The notes beneath the pieces are model-generated. The model was not told the DNA's origin and ran no database searches. It saw only the letters and a list, made by a program, of their open reading frames with translations. Positions 28,157 to 41,712 of a stretch of DNA of 64,000 bases are shown in pieces; the stretch's first letter is position 1, and every line of letters begins with the position of its first letter. The translations under genes were made by a program, and so were the position numbers. The stretch is from Eledone cirrhosa. Its lineage: Eukaryota. The stretch is from contig OZ024740.1 in assembly GCA_964016885.1 (NCBI GenBank), positions 67,332,001-67,396,000 on the forward strand, in the 5' to 3' direction.

Positions 28157-31100
28157 CTTACTTTATTAACCACAAGGGTTTACATAAAGTAGACATCAAG
28201 GACAGTACAGGACAATACAGGACGGTACAAATGGGCATTTCTGTGTTTAAAAAACAAAAACAGAGGATGTAACAAAAAAATAACAATGAAAAATTTCCCA
28301 ATAGGGGGGAGACTTCGGAGGGACATTCGTGGAGAAAGCCCATTAAAAGGCCACAGTTACCATGACCACCAGGGCAAGTGCCCTGTCCCAGTTGTCCACC
28401 TTTAATTTACAGACACATACTCAGAGTAGACCCATTCACTCGGGCCATTCTTGCTTCTCTCACCCATCTTTCAACAAAATGCTGGGAAAAGAGACCTTCC
28501 CTCTCTACCCTGATTTTCCTTTTCAAATGAAATTTGAAAAAGTCAATCAGGGCATCACCGAAGAGGTAAGTGCTCGTCTTCAGCCCTTTCAAACGTGTCC
28601 ATCATACTGTGTCTTTGGCCATGGCCACCAGACAGATAAAAACTACCTGCCTTCCCGGCTAAAGGAAGAGGGCGGGGCAATCCTCACGATGGACTCAGCT
28701 GATAGCTGAATCCGTACTACACGCGACAGCAGGTGTTCGACATAAACCCACATGTCAGCAATTCTCGGACACTGGACGAGTGCGTGCAGGACGGTTTCGT
28801 CACCCTGCGCGCATCTCGGACATGCCCGGCTGACGGCAAATCCATGCCTGTAGAGTATATCCCGCACTGGCAATGCTCCTCGGTAACACTGCCAGGACAG
28901 GGATATCTGGAAGTTGTCCATAGGCCACGGCCCGAAAGTTCTTCCGAAGATATTGGCTAGTTGATTTTCGTCGAAGCCTAGAGTTTCCCCAAGTACGTCA
29001 TCGCTCTTCCCCTCCACTAATCCTCTATAGAACGCTGATGTGGAGTTTCCACCGTTCACATTGCCCAATTGGTCGAGGGCTGTGAGCGCCTGAAGACATT
29101 CCAGTCTCCAAGCGCTCTCTCTCGGTCTTTGCTTGACCCAGGACTGCAGCTCCGTCAAGGAAACGAGCTGGGGAAAGACGCGTCTAGCAAGCGGTGACTA
29201 CAACTGATCACCGTCGAGGAAGAGGTGGATATGTCGTAGCATGAGCGCGTGTCTGCGCATCATCAGCCACGGCATGCCCAACCCTCCACGTAGCGGGTGT
29301 TGACAACAGATGGACCGCCTGACCATCGGAACGCGTCCCTTACACAAAAAGCGAAAGAGCAAACCCTCCAGCGCAGTCAGGCGGGGCTTATGCAAGGTAC
29401 GACTGTCAGGCGGTAGTAGATGACGGACGCGATATACGCGTTAGCCACCTCCGCTCGATCTTTCAGGGTATAGCTTTCTCTTGGCCCATTTCTGGGTGAG
29501 AGAAGCCACCCTGCTCGTCACCTCGTCCCGGTTTTTTTCCGTCTGGAGATCCGCACCGGACGAGACCCAGAGCAATTTAACCGGTCCGTCCGTCCAGCGC
29601 CCGACGACGCTATTGGACGGCATGGACCTGCCTCTCCAGGTGCCGAGCTGCAGGCCCACTGACTTTTCCTGGTTGATCATTGCTCTTGTCACCGCTTCGT
29701 ATTCTCTTAGTGTGGTGCCGATCGCCTCGATGTGTTTGGCGTTCGACACCACTACGGTGACATCGTCCCCATATGCTGAAACGGATCTTCCGCATCCTAG
29801 TTCGCGCGGGACCCCCTCGACGTCTCCAGTCTGTGCAGTAATGGCTCGAGAGGCAATACGTACAAGAGGGACGAGAGGGGACATCCTTGGCGGACCGAGC
29901 GCATGATGTTGAACAGGTCCGAAAGGTGACCGTTCATTGTCACCACAGAGCAGATGTCGCTGTGCATGGCAGCGATCCAGCGTCTGAAGAAGAGCCCAAA
30001 GCCAGCCGCCCTCAGGACTGCCGCTACTAATGATGGTCGACCCGATCGAAAGCTTTTGACTGATCTAAATTGATCAAGGACCCACCCGTGCCAGGTTCCC
30101 TAGCTACCCTCTCTACGATGTATCGCATGAGGTGAAGGTTGTCGTGGATGGATCTGTCGGGAATGGCGCATGTCTGCGCCTCTCCCACCAGACCACCAAC
30201 GACAAGCGCCAAACTCTTTGCTACACCTTGGCCAAAATCTTGAACTCTGTGTTTAGCAGAGTTATGGGCCTGAAATCATCTGTTATCCCCCTTGTTCGGA
30301 TCCTTTCTCAGCAGCGCCACCGCTCCTCGGCTATAGGAGCTGGGAATTCTCCCGTTCAGTTGCCAGTTGCAGTAGACGTCCGCCAAGAGGCCTCTGAAGA
30401 AGTCTGTCATCTGTACGCAAAATTCATAGGGCAAACCATCCAAACAAGGCGATTTACCCCTTGTGCAGCTAGTCTTTTCCTCCCGTACTTCAGCGGCTGT
30501 TATCGGCTTTTCGCAACACTACGCCTCAGTGGCCGAGAGACGCGGCAGTCTGTCAAGGTAGACACTAAAGTCCATCGCTCAATCCGACCCGCCGCTGTTC
30601 CCGAACAACTGAGCGAAGTGTCGCTGAAAAGCTTCACACATTTTCCCGGTATCGAGTAGCATGCGCTCGTCGTGGTCCACCAAAGACCGGATCGTGGCTT
30701 TGTTGCCACGACGCTACTCCGCCACTCGGGCCCATTGAATGGCTTTGGTCCCCTCGTGTCTGAGAGCACGCACCCTAGCTCCGACAACGCAGCCTTCGTG
30801 CTTTGCTTTGAAGAATTGGTCAAGGGCCAATTTCGCCGCAAGTACGTTGGTCGCGATGCCTTTGATAAGCGCCTCGTCTAATTTTCTAATTCCCCCTTTG
30901 ATCTATTTTTCTCTATAGCTAAAGCCTTACTAAATCTAAAGAACTCTATTCTAATCGCTCTTTTCAGAGCAAACCACCACTTGTTGTTGACGATGGCCCC
31001 GTCAACGCTCGCTTAACTAGTTCGCTAATCCGGTCTCTGTAGGACTTGTGCGCTGGTAAGGACGCGTTTAGCTTCCAGTAGCCGGGTCCTCGTCTATGAA

Positions 31101-33283
31101 GCCTATCTAATTCAAGCACACAGATCACGAATTTGTGGTCCGTGTAGCTGACTATCTTGAATTGGGGACAGCCTATGCTAGACCTATCTATTTCCCTACA
31201 AAATACTCTATCTAGATATGATCTGGATGACCCTATACGATTTGTCCAAGTTCACATTGGCACATTCGGGAAATTCAATCGGTACCTGTCAGACAGTTCA
31301 AAACGCCTGAGCAGGTTGGTGAGGCTCTTGCACCCTCCTCCCCTATCCGCTGATCCCACACACTCCCAGCGTGCATCTAAGATCCCGTTCCAGTGGCCCA
31401 CAAACATGAAAGAGCGGGACGTTCCAAGAAAGGTCTCCAGACGCCGGAAGAAATCAGATCGCCCTGCTGCTTTCGGCGTATAGAGGGCCACAAGCCTGAA
31501 AGCTTGCCCGTCTCCGCTGGTCACGTCCAGCACCACCAACTTACCTTCTGGGTCCAGGAAGATGGCCCGTATGTTGAGATCCAAACCTCTCCGAAAAAGC
31601 ACAGCAACTCCTCCCCGATCCCGGACGGCTGGGAGATGCGTACACATCGTAGCCGCCGAAGATCGGTGCGAAGGCCCGTGCTTCGGAGATTCTGGTCTCG
31701 CTGATGGCCACTACATCTATGTTTAGTGACCTGAGGTCGTTGAGCAGGTCGCCCTGCTTCCATGACGACCCCCAAGCCACGCGCATTTATGCTGCCTATT
31801 CTGAGTGAGGTCATGTTGAAAAGGAGTGGAAAAGATGGGAAAGACCACTTACCTTAGTTCTCGTAGAGGAAGGATGGTTTTTCCATCCTTTTCACTGCTC
31901 GTGGCCTCCTTTGGAAGGATGTCCATATATATCCTCTTGGAGTGTGCTTGTTGGAAGTCTCCGATGTCCTTGGGGAATTTTTGTTTTAGTGTCGTGTACG
32001 TTTTCTGTGTGACGCGAATGATTTGTATGTGTGGAGCTGGCGTGAATTTTTGGGGTGTTGTGTAGTCTTATTCTGTGATGCTGGTGTTGTATTGGATGTA
32101 GTGTTATAAGTGGTTGTTGTTCAAATTTAATGCTGTGTAGTGTGTATTGTTTTGGTTGTTTTGTTTTGTTTGCGTCTGTTGTGGGTTTGTTTCTGTTGCG
32201 CTTTTTGGTGACTTTAGTGGTGTTGGTGATGGTAGTGTTGGGGTTAATGTTAGTGATGGTGTTGGTGTTTGTGGTGATGGGGTTGGTGATGCTGGTGTGG
32301 ATGGTGGCATAGCTGTCCTAACTTTTTTGTTTGATAGTTTATTTGTTTCCCTCTGTATTTTGATTTTGGAGGAGGAAGGAAGAGAATTTTTTATTTTAGG
32401 GTTTCTTTTTATTTTTTTTATTTTTTCCTGATACAGTTTTCCACTCCTCGTCTTCACAATCTGTCTCTACTTGTGATAGGTCGGGGAGTAGAAAATCCTC
32501 CACAGGCGTTGGTCTTGGTTGTGGCGTGGTGGATGGTGGAGGCGCTGGTGCCAGTTCTGGCGCGTTGGGTGGTGGTGGTGTTGGTTTTGCTACTGTTGCT
32601 GGGGTTGTTGCTGCTACAGTTGCTTCTTTTGTTGCTGCTACAGTTGTTGCTGCCATTTCTGCTGCTTGTGGTGTTGATGGTTGAGTCACTGGGGTGTGTA
32701 AGAGAGGTAGCCTCACCTACGACACACCCAGGCCTTCTACACTCAAACATTACGGTGAGGTGGCTGCCGTCAGTGAGGTCTATCACCTCTGGAATTTACT
32801 CAATGTTTCTTTTGGTCCGCTTGGATCAGGAGCTCCATCCCAGATCCGGACCAGTTCTCCTGCTTTTCTTTTGTTATTTCAATTATGTTAGTGTCGGCCT
32901 CAATGTCGGCGAGGACGGCAGCCATTTGCCAGGGAATTTTAATGGCAGGCGGAACCTGGGTCACCCTGAACCTTACCAGCCTCTTACTACAATAGCTTGG
33001 GAGGAGTGTGAACTCGTCACTTTTTAATAGAGCCATGGAGTGCTCTCTTGCTTCCTGTGGGGTTCCAAACGACAAGTCCACGATTCCATATTTTTGCCCA
33101 CGTTTGATGTGGGTTTTTGAGCCCACACATGTCACAATGCTTTTTGTATCTGGGACTCGGATGCCCGTTCCACTCGGCGCGTTTTAATGTTTATCGTGCG
33201 ATATGATACGGTGCATAGGCGCCGATTCTCCATGGTATTAGATCGGAGGTGAGGCTGACCCTGTAACCATATTTTTTTAACAT
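28156..33283 (-). mobile_element. Tx1 family A copy 2 (ORF2 28407-31814; ORF1 from 31849), 5' part lost at ~33283
   Basis: Collinear with 14352-19450, roughly 90% identical by eye. Confidence 0.93.
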
Positions 33284-35107
33284 CAGTCCTAACTGAATGT
33301 ACATACGATCACCTGATAACAAATGATCTATTTCCCAATGAGCAGAAAGGGTGTAAACGAGGCTCATATGGCTGTAAAGATCAGCTTTTGGTTAACAAAA
33401 TGATACTGGAAGATTGTCATAATAGACACACAAATCTATCGATTGCTTGGATAGATTATAAAAAAGCATTCGATAGTTTGCCACACAGTTGGATTGAAAA
33501 ATGTTTAGAGATTTTTAAAATATCTCCCGTTGTCAGGATGTTCCTGTCATTCAGTATGAGGACATGAAAAACGACACTCCTTTTGAATAGTGAAAACAAA
33601 TCACTGGAAGCTGTAGAAGTTAATATTAATCGTGGAATTTTTCAGGGTGACTCTTTATCACCGCTTTTATTCTGCATCGCACTTATACCATTAAGTAAAA
33701 TGCTCAATGAAACAAAAACATAGATATAAAGTCTATGACAAAACCATTAATCACCTGTTCTACATGGATGACCTGAAACTATTTGCAAAAAATGATGAAC
33801 AATTGCAAGGGCTATTATCCACTGTGGAGCAGTTCAGTGATGACATTAAAATGGAGTTTGGACTAGATAAATGCGCCAATGCAACGTTCACGTGAGGAAA
33901 AATATCTCCCTAGGAGAGAAGGAGGACGTGGGTTAATCCAGTTCGATATTGCATTGAAAACTGCAACAATTGGATTATCTACATATCTAAGGGAATCACT
34001 TGATTGGATGATCAAACTCGTTTTGAAACACGAACGCATCAAAAGATCATACTCCATTACAAAAGATGCACAAAGATATAGTAATGGACTACACATTTCA
34101 GAAATTCCATTTACTGCTGAAATGAAAAACACATAATAAGCAAAGCAGGTAAAAGTAATTGCAAAGAAAGAACTGCTACAGAATCTGGCTAAGAAATGGC
34201 AAGAAAAGCCTCTGTATGGAACATTTCCAGAAAGAGCTAACAATTCTGATGTTGACAAAACTTTAACCTATCAGTGGTTGGCATCCTCTGGACTGAAATC
34301 GGAGACTGAATGACTAATTACATCAGCACAAGATCAGTGTCAGCCAATAAAAAATTAGCAAGCCAACATAATAAAAAATGGATGCAAACCATTATGCCGT
34401 GTATGTAAAAAACAACCAGAGACCATTGATGTGCAGTCCTATAGCTCCCACCGAATACCTAAACAGGCACAACAGAGCTGAACAATATATACATTGGATA
34501 ATGTGTAAGCATTTTGACCTGCCCCATCACAATAATTGGTAGGAGCATCAACCACCTCCCGTACTTGAAAAAGATCACATCTCAATCTTGTGGAACTTTA
34601 GCATCCATACAGACCGAAAAATATATGCAAATAGACTGATATAATACTGAAGGACTTTAAAAAGAGGGTATGCCTGCTAATTGATATGTCCGTTCCAATA
34701 GACAAGAATGTATCTATAAAAACATTTGAAAAATTGAGCCAGTATTAGGACCTGGTGATAGAAATTGGACAAATGTGGAGGTTGAGAACTAAAACAATAC
34801 CCGTGGTTGTAGGCGCTCTAGGAATGATACCTAAGGGGTATTTACTTATCGCAAATCCCAGGAAACCCGTGTATAGAAGAAGTACAAAAGATAGTACTAA
34901 TGGAAACTACTATATACTAAGGAATATTCTGTCAATATAAGTACATCACAAGTCTAAACACCTAAAGATGCATGTGTGTGTATGTATGTCCTTTCTTTAA
35001 CATGGCGGACATTCTTGTCTCTTGAGGTCACAGGTTGTGACTTGGTGATAACTCGTATGAACATAAAGCAAGATAAATGCAACTCTAATAATAATAATAA
35101 TAATAAT
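33280..35107 (+). mobile_element. R4/Dong-clade RLE non-LTR retrotransposon, 5'-truncated, internally deleted near 33890, with a (TAA)n tail
   Basis: NEQKGCKRGSYGCKDQL..AWIDYKKAFDS; RGIFQGDSLSPLLF; HLFYMDDLKL; YLPRREGGRGL; SETE..ISAQDQ; CRVC..ETID; RHN; ILWNFSIHTDR..NR.DI; IPVVVGALG; (TAA)n 35086-35107. Confidence 0.9.
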
Positions 35108-35378
35108 GGCAGTGAAGATAATTGTTTCATTTATTGGCCACCAGAGTCCATTCAGCATATAAAATTAAGTGCAAAATTGTTTACAGGATAGTAGATTTGT
35201 ACAAATACAGCTATATTAAAATGATGTTTGTGCAAGGCCGTTATACCTCGTATATACAGACATGAAATTGTGACAGATATATACATCGAATAAATGCACA
35301 CACATAGGTATGTATGCGTGAATATATATGTATGCAAACAAAGACACATATGTATATACATATTCATTTATATATATA

Positions 35379-35600
<222 letters not shown>

Positions 35601-35607
35601 CACACAG

Positions 35608-35675
<68 letters not shown>

Positions 35676-35789
35676 CGTTTCTGAATTTGTTTAGCAATAT
35701 TCTTTATCTGAAAACGTGAGTTGAAACCGATATTGTTATACTTTGGGAGGGTCATGTTGCCAATAAGAAACACACGCACCAGTTGCTTT

Positions 35790-37140
35790 CACTTCAATTT
35801 AGTATAATAAATTTATAAATTTAGGAATTTATAAATTTCCGGTTGGTTGGTTCCACAACCAGATGATTGTTTATATATTGTCAAAGTTCTTTCGTCACAC
35901 ATTTTGTGACCTCTTCAGTGACTGGGTATTATTTTCTTTGTTTGTGTGCCTCTCCTTTGTTCTGTCCTACGCCACCTTGTTTTTGTGTGTGTTGTGTGCT
36001 TAGTTTGCGCATGTGTTACATCCGGGTGTCTGTGTGCGTTTATATTTGTTTATTTACATGTTACTGGTTGGTTGTTTGTTCTAAGTGCGTGTGTATTTTC
36101 ATTTTGTCCTTAATTGTAAGTTGTGATGTTGCTGTTCCATTCATGTTTTCTATGTAATTTTGGTTGGAGTTCATTTATGTTTATTGCCTCTGTGATTTGT
36201 CTAAACATTGCGTCTTTTCTGTGTGCAGATTCTATTTTTATTTCTATGTTCTCTAATTTACCGTTATGTTCTATTTTAGCATGTTGGTAGAGTACAGATG
36301 ATTCTTTACTATCTTCGAAGTGTTCATTTATCCGTTCCCCTATACTACGAGCTGTCTCACCTATGTACACTATATTCTTATCTCTACATTGTCCTTCAGT
36401 ACATCTTATGCTATATACTATATTTCTATTTTTACAGTTAATATGGGGGCTTAATTTACAGATTATACATTTCTTATTTATACAGTGTCTTTATTGAGGT
36501 AGCTGGTCTTTCTACTATCTTAATATTGAGTTTGTGTTTATCTTGGGCCCTTCTAAATTTGTAAGCTAATTCACCTCTAGGGGTTGTATCGATGAACATT
36601 ACACTCTGGTATTTATTGCTATCATACCATGAGTTTATTCTATTAACCTTATTCCTAGTTCTTTCTATTCAAATTCAAAAATTTGCTCCTAGACAAGGGG
36701 CAGGTCCCATTTGTGTCATTATTTACCATTTTTTCCCATTTGGTTCTGGCTCCTCTATATACTCTGATTTTATCTCTCTGATTGTAACCAGAGAACTGCA
36801 TACGGTGGATGAAGTGTTGTACCATCACGTATTCTGCCACACACACTTAGACATCCATGTCCACACCCTTTTAAAGGGATACAACCCTTTATCCACCTAA
36901 CCTTCACTCTTTGACATCAGAAATAGAATGGAATTTCTATACTATTTCCTGTCAGCATGACTTGGCAAGATAATTAGAACACTGGATTAACCCCTTTACT
37001 TCCCCCCTAAGAAGAGATATTATCTCGAAAATTAAGGATATTCAAATAAATTTAAGGTAAAAGACATTTTGTCAGCAATATCTTTTGCATTTGTATTTAT
37101 ATTCTATATCTATACCTGCATTGTTCTGGCCTTCTAACTC
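35790..37140 (-). mobile_element. Penelope-like element 3' fragment (region C-terminal to the RT, GIY-YIG endonuclease, 3' UTR)
   Basis: FIHRMQFSGY; CIICKLSPHINCKNRNIVYSIRCTEGQC..VYIGETARSIGERINEH..RQITEAININELQPKL. Confidence 0.85.
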
Positions 37141-37171
37141 CCAACGTTTATATATATATATATATATATAA

Positions 37172-39360
37172 TGGAAAATTTGAACAGGAACAAAACAGAG
37201 ATGCAGTACAACGAATGTTTATTAATTTCACGCTCTTGAGAGTGGGGTGGTGGTGGGGAATGACGTTTCGGGCATAAGCCCTTCTTTAGGTGAAAAGTGT
37301 GTGGAAAGAGAGTTCAAAGGGTGGGTAGGGGAGTGGTGGAGAGACATATAGCGAAAAGGGGGTGGGAGGAAACGGTGCGAATGAAATTAAAAATAAAAAC
37401 ATGATCAAAATAAAATTAAAATGGGGTAAAACAGGTGGTGGAAGGGTGTGGGGCGTGTAGGGGTGGTGGCAGGTGGAGTGGGGAGAGGGAGACGGGGTGT
37501 CCGAGCGGGGAGGGCTGAAGGTGGTGTGTGTGTGTAGGTGTACGTGTGTGTGTGTGTATGTGAAAGCAAGGGTTGGGGGAAGAACGGGGTTGCATGTTCA
37601 GGAAGAGTTGTGTGTGGGGTGGGGTGTAGGTCGGAGTGTGTGTGCGTGTGTGGATAGAGGGATCGGGGAGGAATCCGGAGGCTGAATGTGTAAATATGTT
37701 GTGGAATGCACGTGTGTGTGGTGTTTAAGCGTGTTGTGGGTGTAGGTGGCGAGTGGGAAAAAAAATGTTGGGGGTGTGTGTGTGGGTGAGTCGTAAAGGT
37801 GATTCCGTAAGAAGATGTGGTGGAAAGGCTGGTAAGATCCTAGGATGGTAGTTGATTCCGCAGTCAAGGTCCACATACGAGTAATCCGTGGAGAGATTGG
37901 TCGGAAGAGGGGAGATGTGGGGTGCGCGCGCAACAGGAAGTGGTCAAGGCAGTAGGAGTGGTGTGTGTCTGTGTATGCTGGGAGGTGGTCATAGGGCATA
38001 GCAGCAGTAGGGTGGAAGGATAAAGGGGCGAGGATGGGTAGGTGTGAAAGTTGGAGTAAGGAGGGGGTGTGTGTGTATTAGTAGAGGTGTTAGTGGGATG
38101 AGTGAGTGTTAGAGAAAGGGTGTGGGTGGAGCGGGGAGAGAAGGGTGTGGGGGTCGATGGAGGGAGTGTGGTGTACTGGTGTGTGTGTAGTTTGAGGAAG
38201 GGGGTGTTAGTCGGTGTTAGTATACGGGAGGTGGAGAAAGGGTTGAATGCGGGTGTGAGTGGGGGTTAGTGGTGGTAGGGTGTGTAGAGTTGGTGGTGTA
38301 AGACGGTGTGTGTGTACGTGTGCGTGGGGTTGGGGGGTCTTAGTGATGTTAGTTGCGTGTAGGGTGGGTGGTGTAAGTTGGTGCGTGTGTTCGTGTGCTT
38401 GGGGTCAGGGGGTGTTAGTGATGTTAGTTGCGGGGCGGTGGGGTGGATGTGTGGGGGTGAGGGTTAGTGGTGGTGGTAGGGTGTGTGTTTAGTGTGAGGG
38501 CGTGTATATATGTGCCGGTGTGTGTGTGCGTGTGATAAGGAGGAGGAGGAGAAGGGAGGGATGTTAGTGTGTTAGTTGGGGAAGGGTGGTCGGATGAGGG
38601 GGGGGTTAGTATTGTTAGTTGTGGGGTGGGCGGTGAAAAGGAGGGGTGTGTTAGTGGGGGTTACGTGTAGGGGGAGGGGGGCGGTCGAAAGCTAAAGGAA
38701 TAAGGGTGGGGAGTTCAGGCCGGGGGGAGTGTGGGTCTGTAAGATGAAGATGGTTCTTTGTTCAACTCTGAGGAGATTGGTTGGTGTTCCGTGGCATTGG
38801 TGTAGGCCACAGACTGTGAGATGGCGTGCGGAATGTCCAGGGGCACCAAAGTGGCGGGCGATGGGGGAACTACCACCGAGACGAATATCCCCGAGGTGCT
38901 CGGTGAATCTGTCCGCCAGGCGACGTCCGGTCTGTCCGACGTAAGTCGCGCTGCACCTCGTGCAGCGAAGTCCGTAGACTAGGTTGGAGGAGGTGCAGCG
39001 GAAGGCATGCCGGACAGAGAGAGAGTGGCCGTTGGGACCCTGGAAGGTGGTGGTGTTGGTGATGTGGGGACAGGTGTTGCAGCGGGGCCTAGAACAGTGA
39101 AAGGAATCGGGGGGGGGAGTTGTGGACGAGGAGGGTGCGGAGATTGCGTACGCGTTTGAAGGAGGAGAGTGGTGGGGTTGGGAAGATGTGGAAGGTGCAG
39201 GGGTCGGACTGGAGGCGTCGGAAGAGGCGGCGGATGGTGCGGTGGAGGGGTGGTAGGTGATGGGGAATGGGAGACGATGGGTGGGTGTGCGGTGGCGTGG
39301 GGTGTGGGTGGTGGAGCGGTGGACAGCACGGGCGTGGGTGAGAGCGGTGTGGACGAGAGA
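37172..39360 (-). mobile_element. Neptune-type Penelope-like element 3' fragment with a GIY-YIG remnant (~38710-39200) and a C-rich pseudo-LTR
   Basis: Frame not in the ORF track: PLSSFKRVRNLRDLLVH..HCSRPRCNTCPHI..VRHAFRCTSSNLVYGLRCTRCSATYVGQTGRRLADRFTEHLGDIR..EQRTIFILQTHTPPGLN; flanked by (TA)n. Confidence 0.88.
37258..37292 (-). ncRNA. Minimal hammerhead in the PLE pseudo-LTR, G5 mutated to A
   Basis: CTAAAGA a gggc-ttat-gccc GAAA cg TC. Confidence 0.65.
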
Positions 39361-40292
39361 GGGGGATATATATATATATGAATATAGGGAGAAAAAAAGG
39401 CGATTATTAGGAAGAAAAATATATTTGTTTACTTTGATTTTTTTTTTTTCTGGGTTAGAAAATGTTTAAAACAAAATATTTTTTAAAACTTGATCTATTT
39501 TCTCTTCGTTTACTTACTGTGCCATTGTCCTGTGTTGCCCCTTCTATCGGTATGTTTACTTCTTTCTTCCTAGTTTCTTCTTTTTTTTTCGATTTTTCTC
39601 TGTTTTTTCTTTCTGTTTCTCTCTTCCCTATCGCTTCTTTCTCCTCATAGCATTTTGATAGATAAAAGTATATGGGCGCGATACGGATAGATGTATTGTT
39701 TATAATGCGCCGAAATATCCGTCACCGGTAGTAAACAGTAGACGAAGGGAAACTGTCCATCGCTTGTTTGTGTCGTCTTACCTTCTAACACTCGTTATCA
39801 GTAACCACATAACCTCACCTTCCTCAATCCATATATATATATATGTGTGTGTGTGTTTGTGATTGTAAACACCTGCTCATTTTGCAGACTTCACCATCCT
39901 TCAACAGAGCATGTTAATATAGTCACTTAATGAAAACCCTTTGTTTGATTAGAATGAAAGAAACCTTGACAATTAGGATTACCTGCTTTTGTATCATTCC
40001 GTATCACTATGTACTTTTCTCTAAATATAGTTTTTTCAAAGATTCCCCATTCTTTAAATCCATCAGCCAATGACCTCCACCTATCCCAATCACCACCTTT
40101 CTTTACCACAAGAAACATTTTTTTAAATCACCATATCACATTGACAGTTGGCTTTCCTAATGATTTCATTCGAATGAAACAGTTATAGTACTGTAAAAGG
40201 CATTTCTATTTTTAAAATGTATACTCTGATATGCATTGAGTACCTTACTTACTGTGGTTCCTCCTGATTGAACCTGGGATACACACACACAC

Positions 40293-40352
<60 letters not shown>

Positions 40353-40867
40353 CAAATAGAAGCAACCCAACAGCATAAGGGGAGAAACAGTCGCTTCAGT
40401 TGGATTAGAACACCCCAAGTCTACAACTGCCTTTCGCTCTTCGTACTGGAAACAGGTACATAAAAAGGCAGCCTGGGAGTGTTTTGTGGGTCACCCCCAT
40501 GGGCATATAACCCTAGATGTTTATAAACCGCCAGTGTGGCCATTAACAAACCGGGTGATCTTGGTGCTGATCAGTATTTTACATCTTATGAACATATTAC
40601 CAGCATCGCTTCCTCTCGGTTATATACTAAATGTGTTATGTAATCATTATTCATTCGGTCCCTTGTAAAGCAGGTACTTTAGTTGGCAAAACCTTCTCCG
40701 TTTGTGGCAAGTGATTCTTGTTTTGCGCTGATTTTATCATCTTCTTCACAAGTCGATGAGGTAGAATAATTAAGAAGGGGTTACTTCGAAGACGTGGATC
40801 CTGACTCCCTGTCCTTCATTAACTTCCTGTTCGGCCTTTTGTTCCTCTTCTTGTGGGACTATATACG

Positions 40868-41050
40868 GTGGTCTATCGGTAGAGGGCTGGACGCCATCCT
40901 TTGACGCATAGAGTTTTGGCCCTTGCCATTCTGAGTTCAAATCACGCCGAGGTTAACTTTGCCTTTCATCCTTACGGGGTCTATAAAATAAAGTACCAGT
41001 AATGCACTATGTAATTGCTGGCCTTGTGCCAAATGTTGTAACAATTATTT
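40868..41050 (+). mobile_element. tRNA-derived SINE copy
   Basis: Family consensus. Confidence 0.88.
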
Positions 41051-41148
41051 AAACTTTAACTATATACTCTACGAAATGTCTTATTAATTCTTGTTTATAC
41101 AAAATTAATAATACATTTCGTAGAGTATATAGTTAAAACTTAAATAAT
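41044..41148. repeat. Inverted repeat with ~46-bp arms and a short spacer
   Basis: tttaactatatactctacgaaatgt ... acatttcgtagagtatatagttaaa. Confidence 0.9.
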
Positions 41149-41712
41149 GTTAAATAATATTAAATAGACCACCAAATAATTAATCAAACATTCATTAATA
41201 TATAGATACATTATAAAATCAGCATCAAAGTACATATATTTAAAATTAGAATCTAAGTGAATAAAATATAGTATAAAAATATTAAAAAATAGACTAACAA
41301 TTCATACATGATTCACTAGAAATCAAGCGACCATTCTGGTAACTTGATACCCTAGCCAGTTCCCAAACAACCACACCAATTGGAATAGCCATCTCCCACA
41401 CATATAAGAACTGCTACTTGAGAATTTCGGACATATGCTTACTGGTTGGCGAAGGGAATAACATATATGACCGGTAACATCTCGTTTGGATTTTTGTCTG
41501 AAGAGAACACGCAGGGTAGTTGTGATACAACTGTCTTACGTCTTTGGAACACGTATAACAAAATAAATAGGGATGTATAAATGAAACCGTTTTTAATGTT
41601 TATTATTATAACAAAGCTCCGGATGAACAAAAATCGGGGAGTGCTTTACATCTGTTAATAAAAATTCGGCGGATTTTCAAAAACCAACTTTCTTCAATTG
41701 AATATTTATATA

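Noticed and set aside
14427-33027. Plus-strand ORFs across the Tx1/RTE array
   Set aside because: Antisense shadow frames of minus-strand retrotransposon genes
35808-35862. Other hammerhead traces (35830 minus; also ~1935-2000, ~8972-9020, ~43093-43122, ~54968-55030)
   Set aside because: Two or more core mismatches or unconvincing stems; possibly decayed motifs but not supportable
38979-39329. Proline-rich ORF
   Set aside because: Alternative frame of the C-rich Penelope fragment; the real frame encodes the GIY-YIG region
39927-40860. Coding-looking minus-strand stretches (39927-40118, 40680-40860)
   Set aside because: Short, interrupted by stops, no family motif recognised
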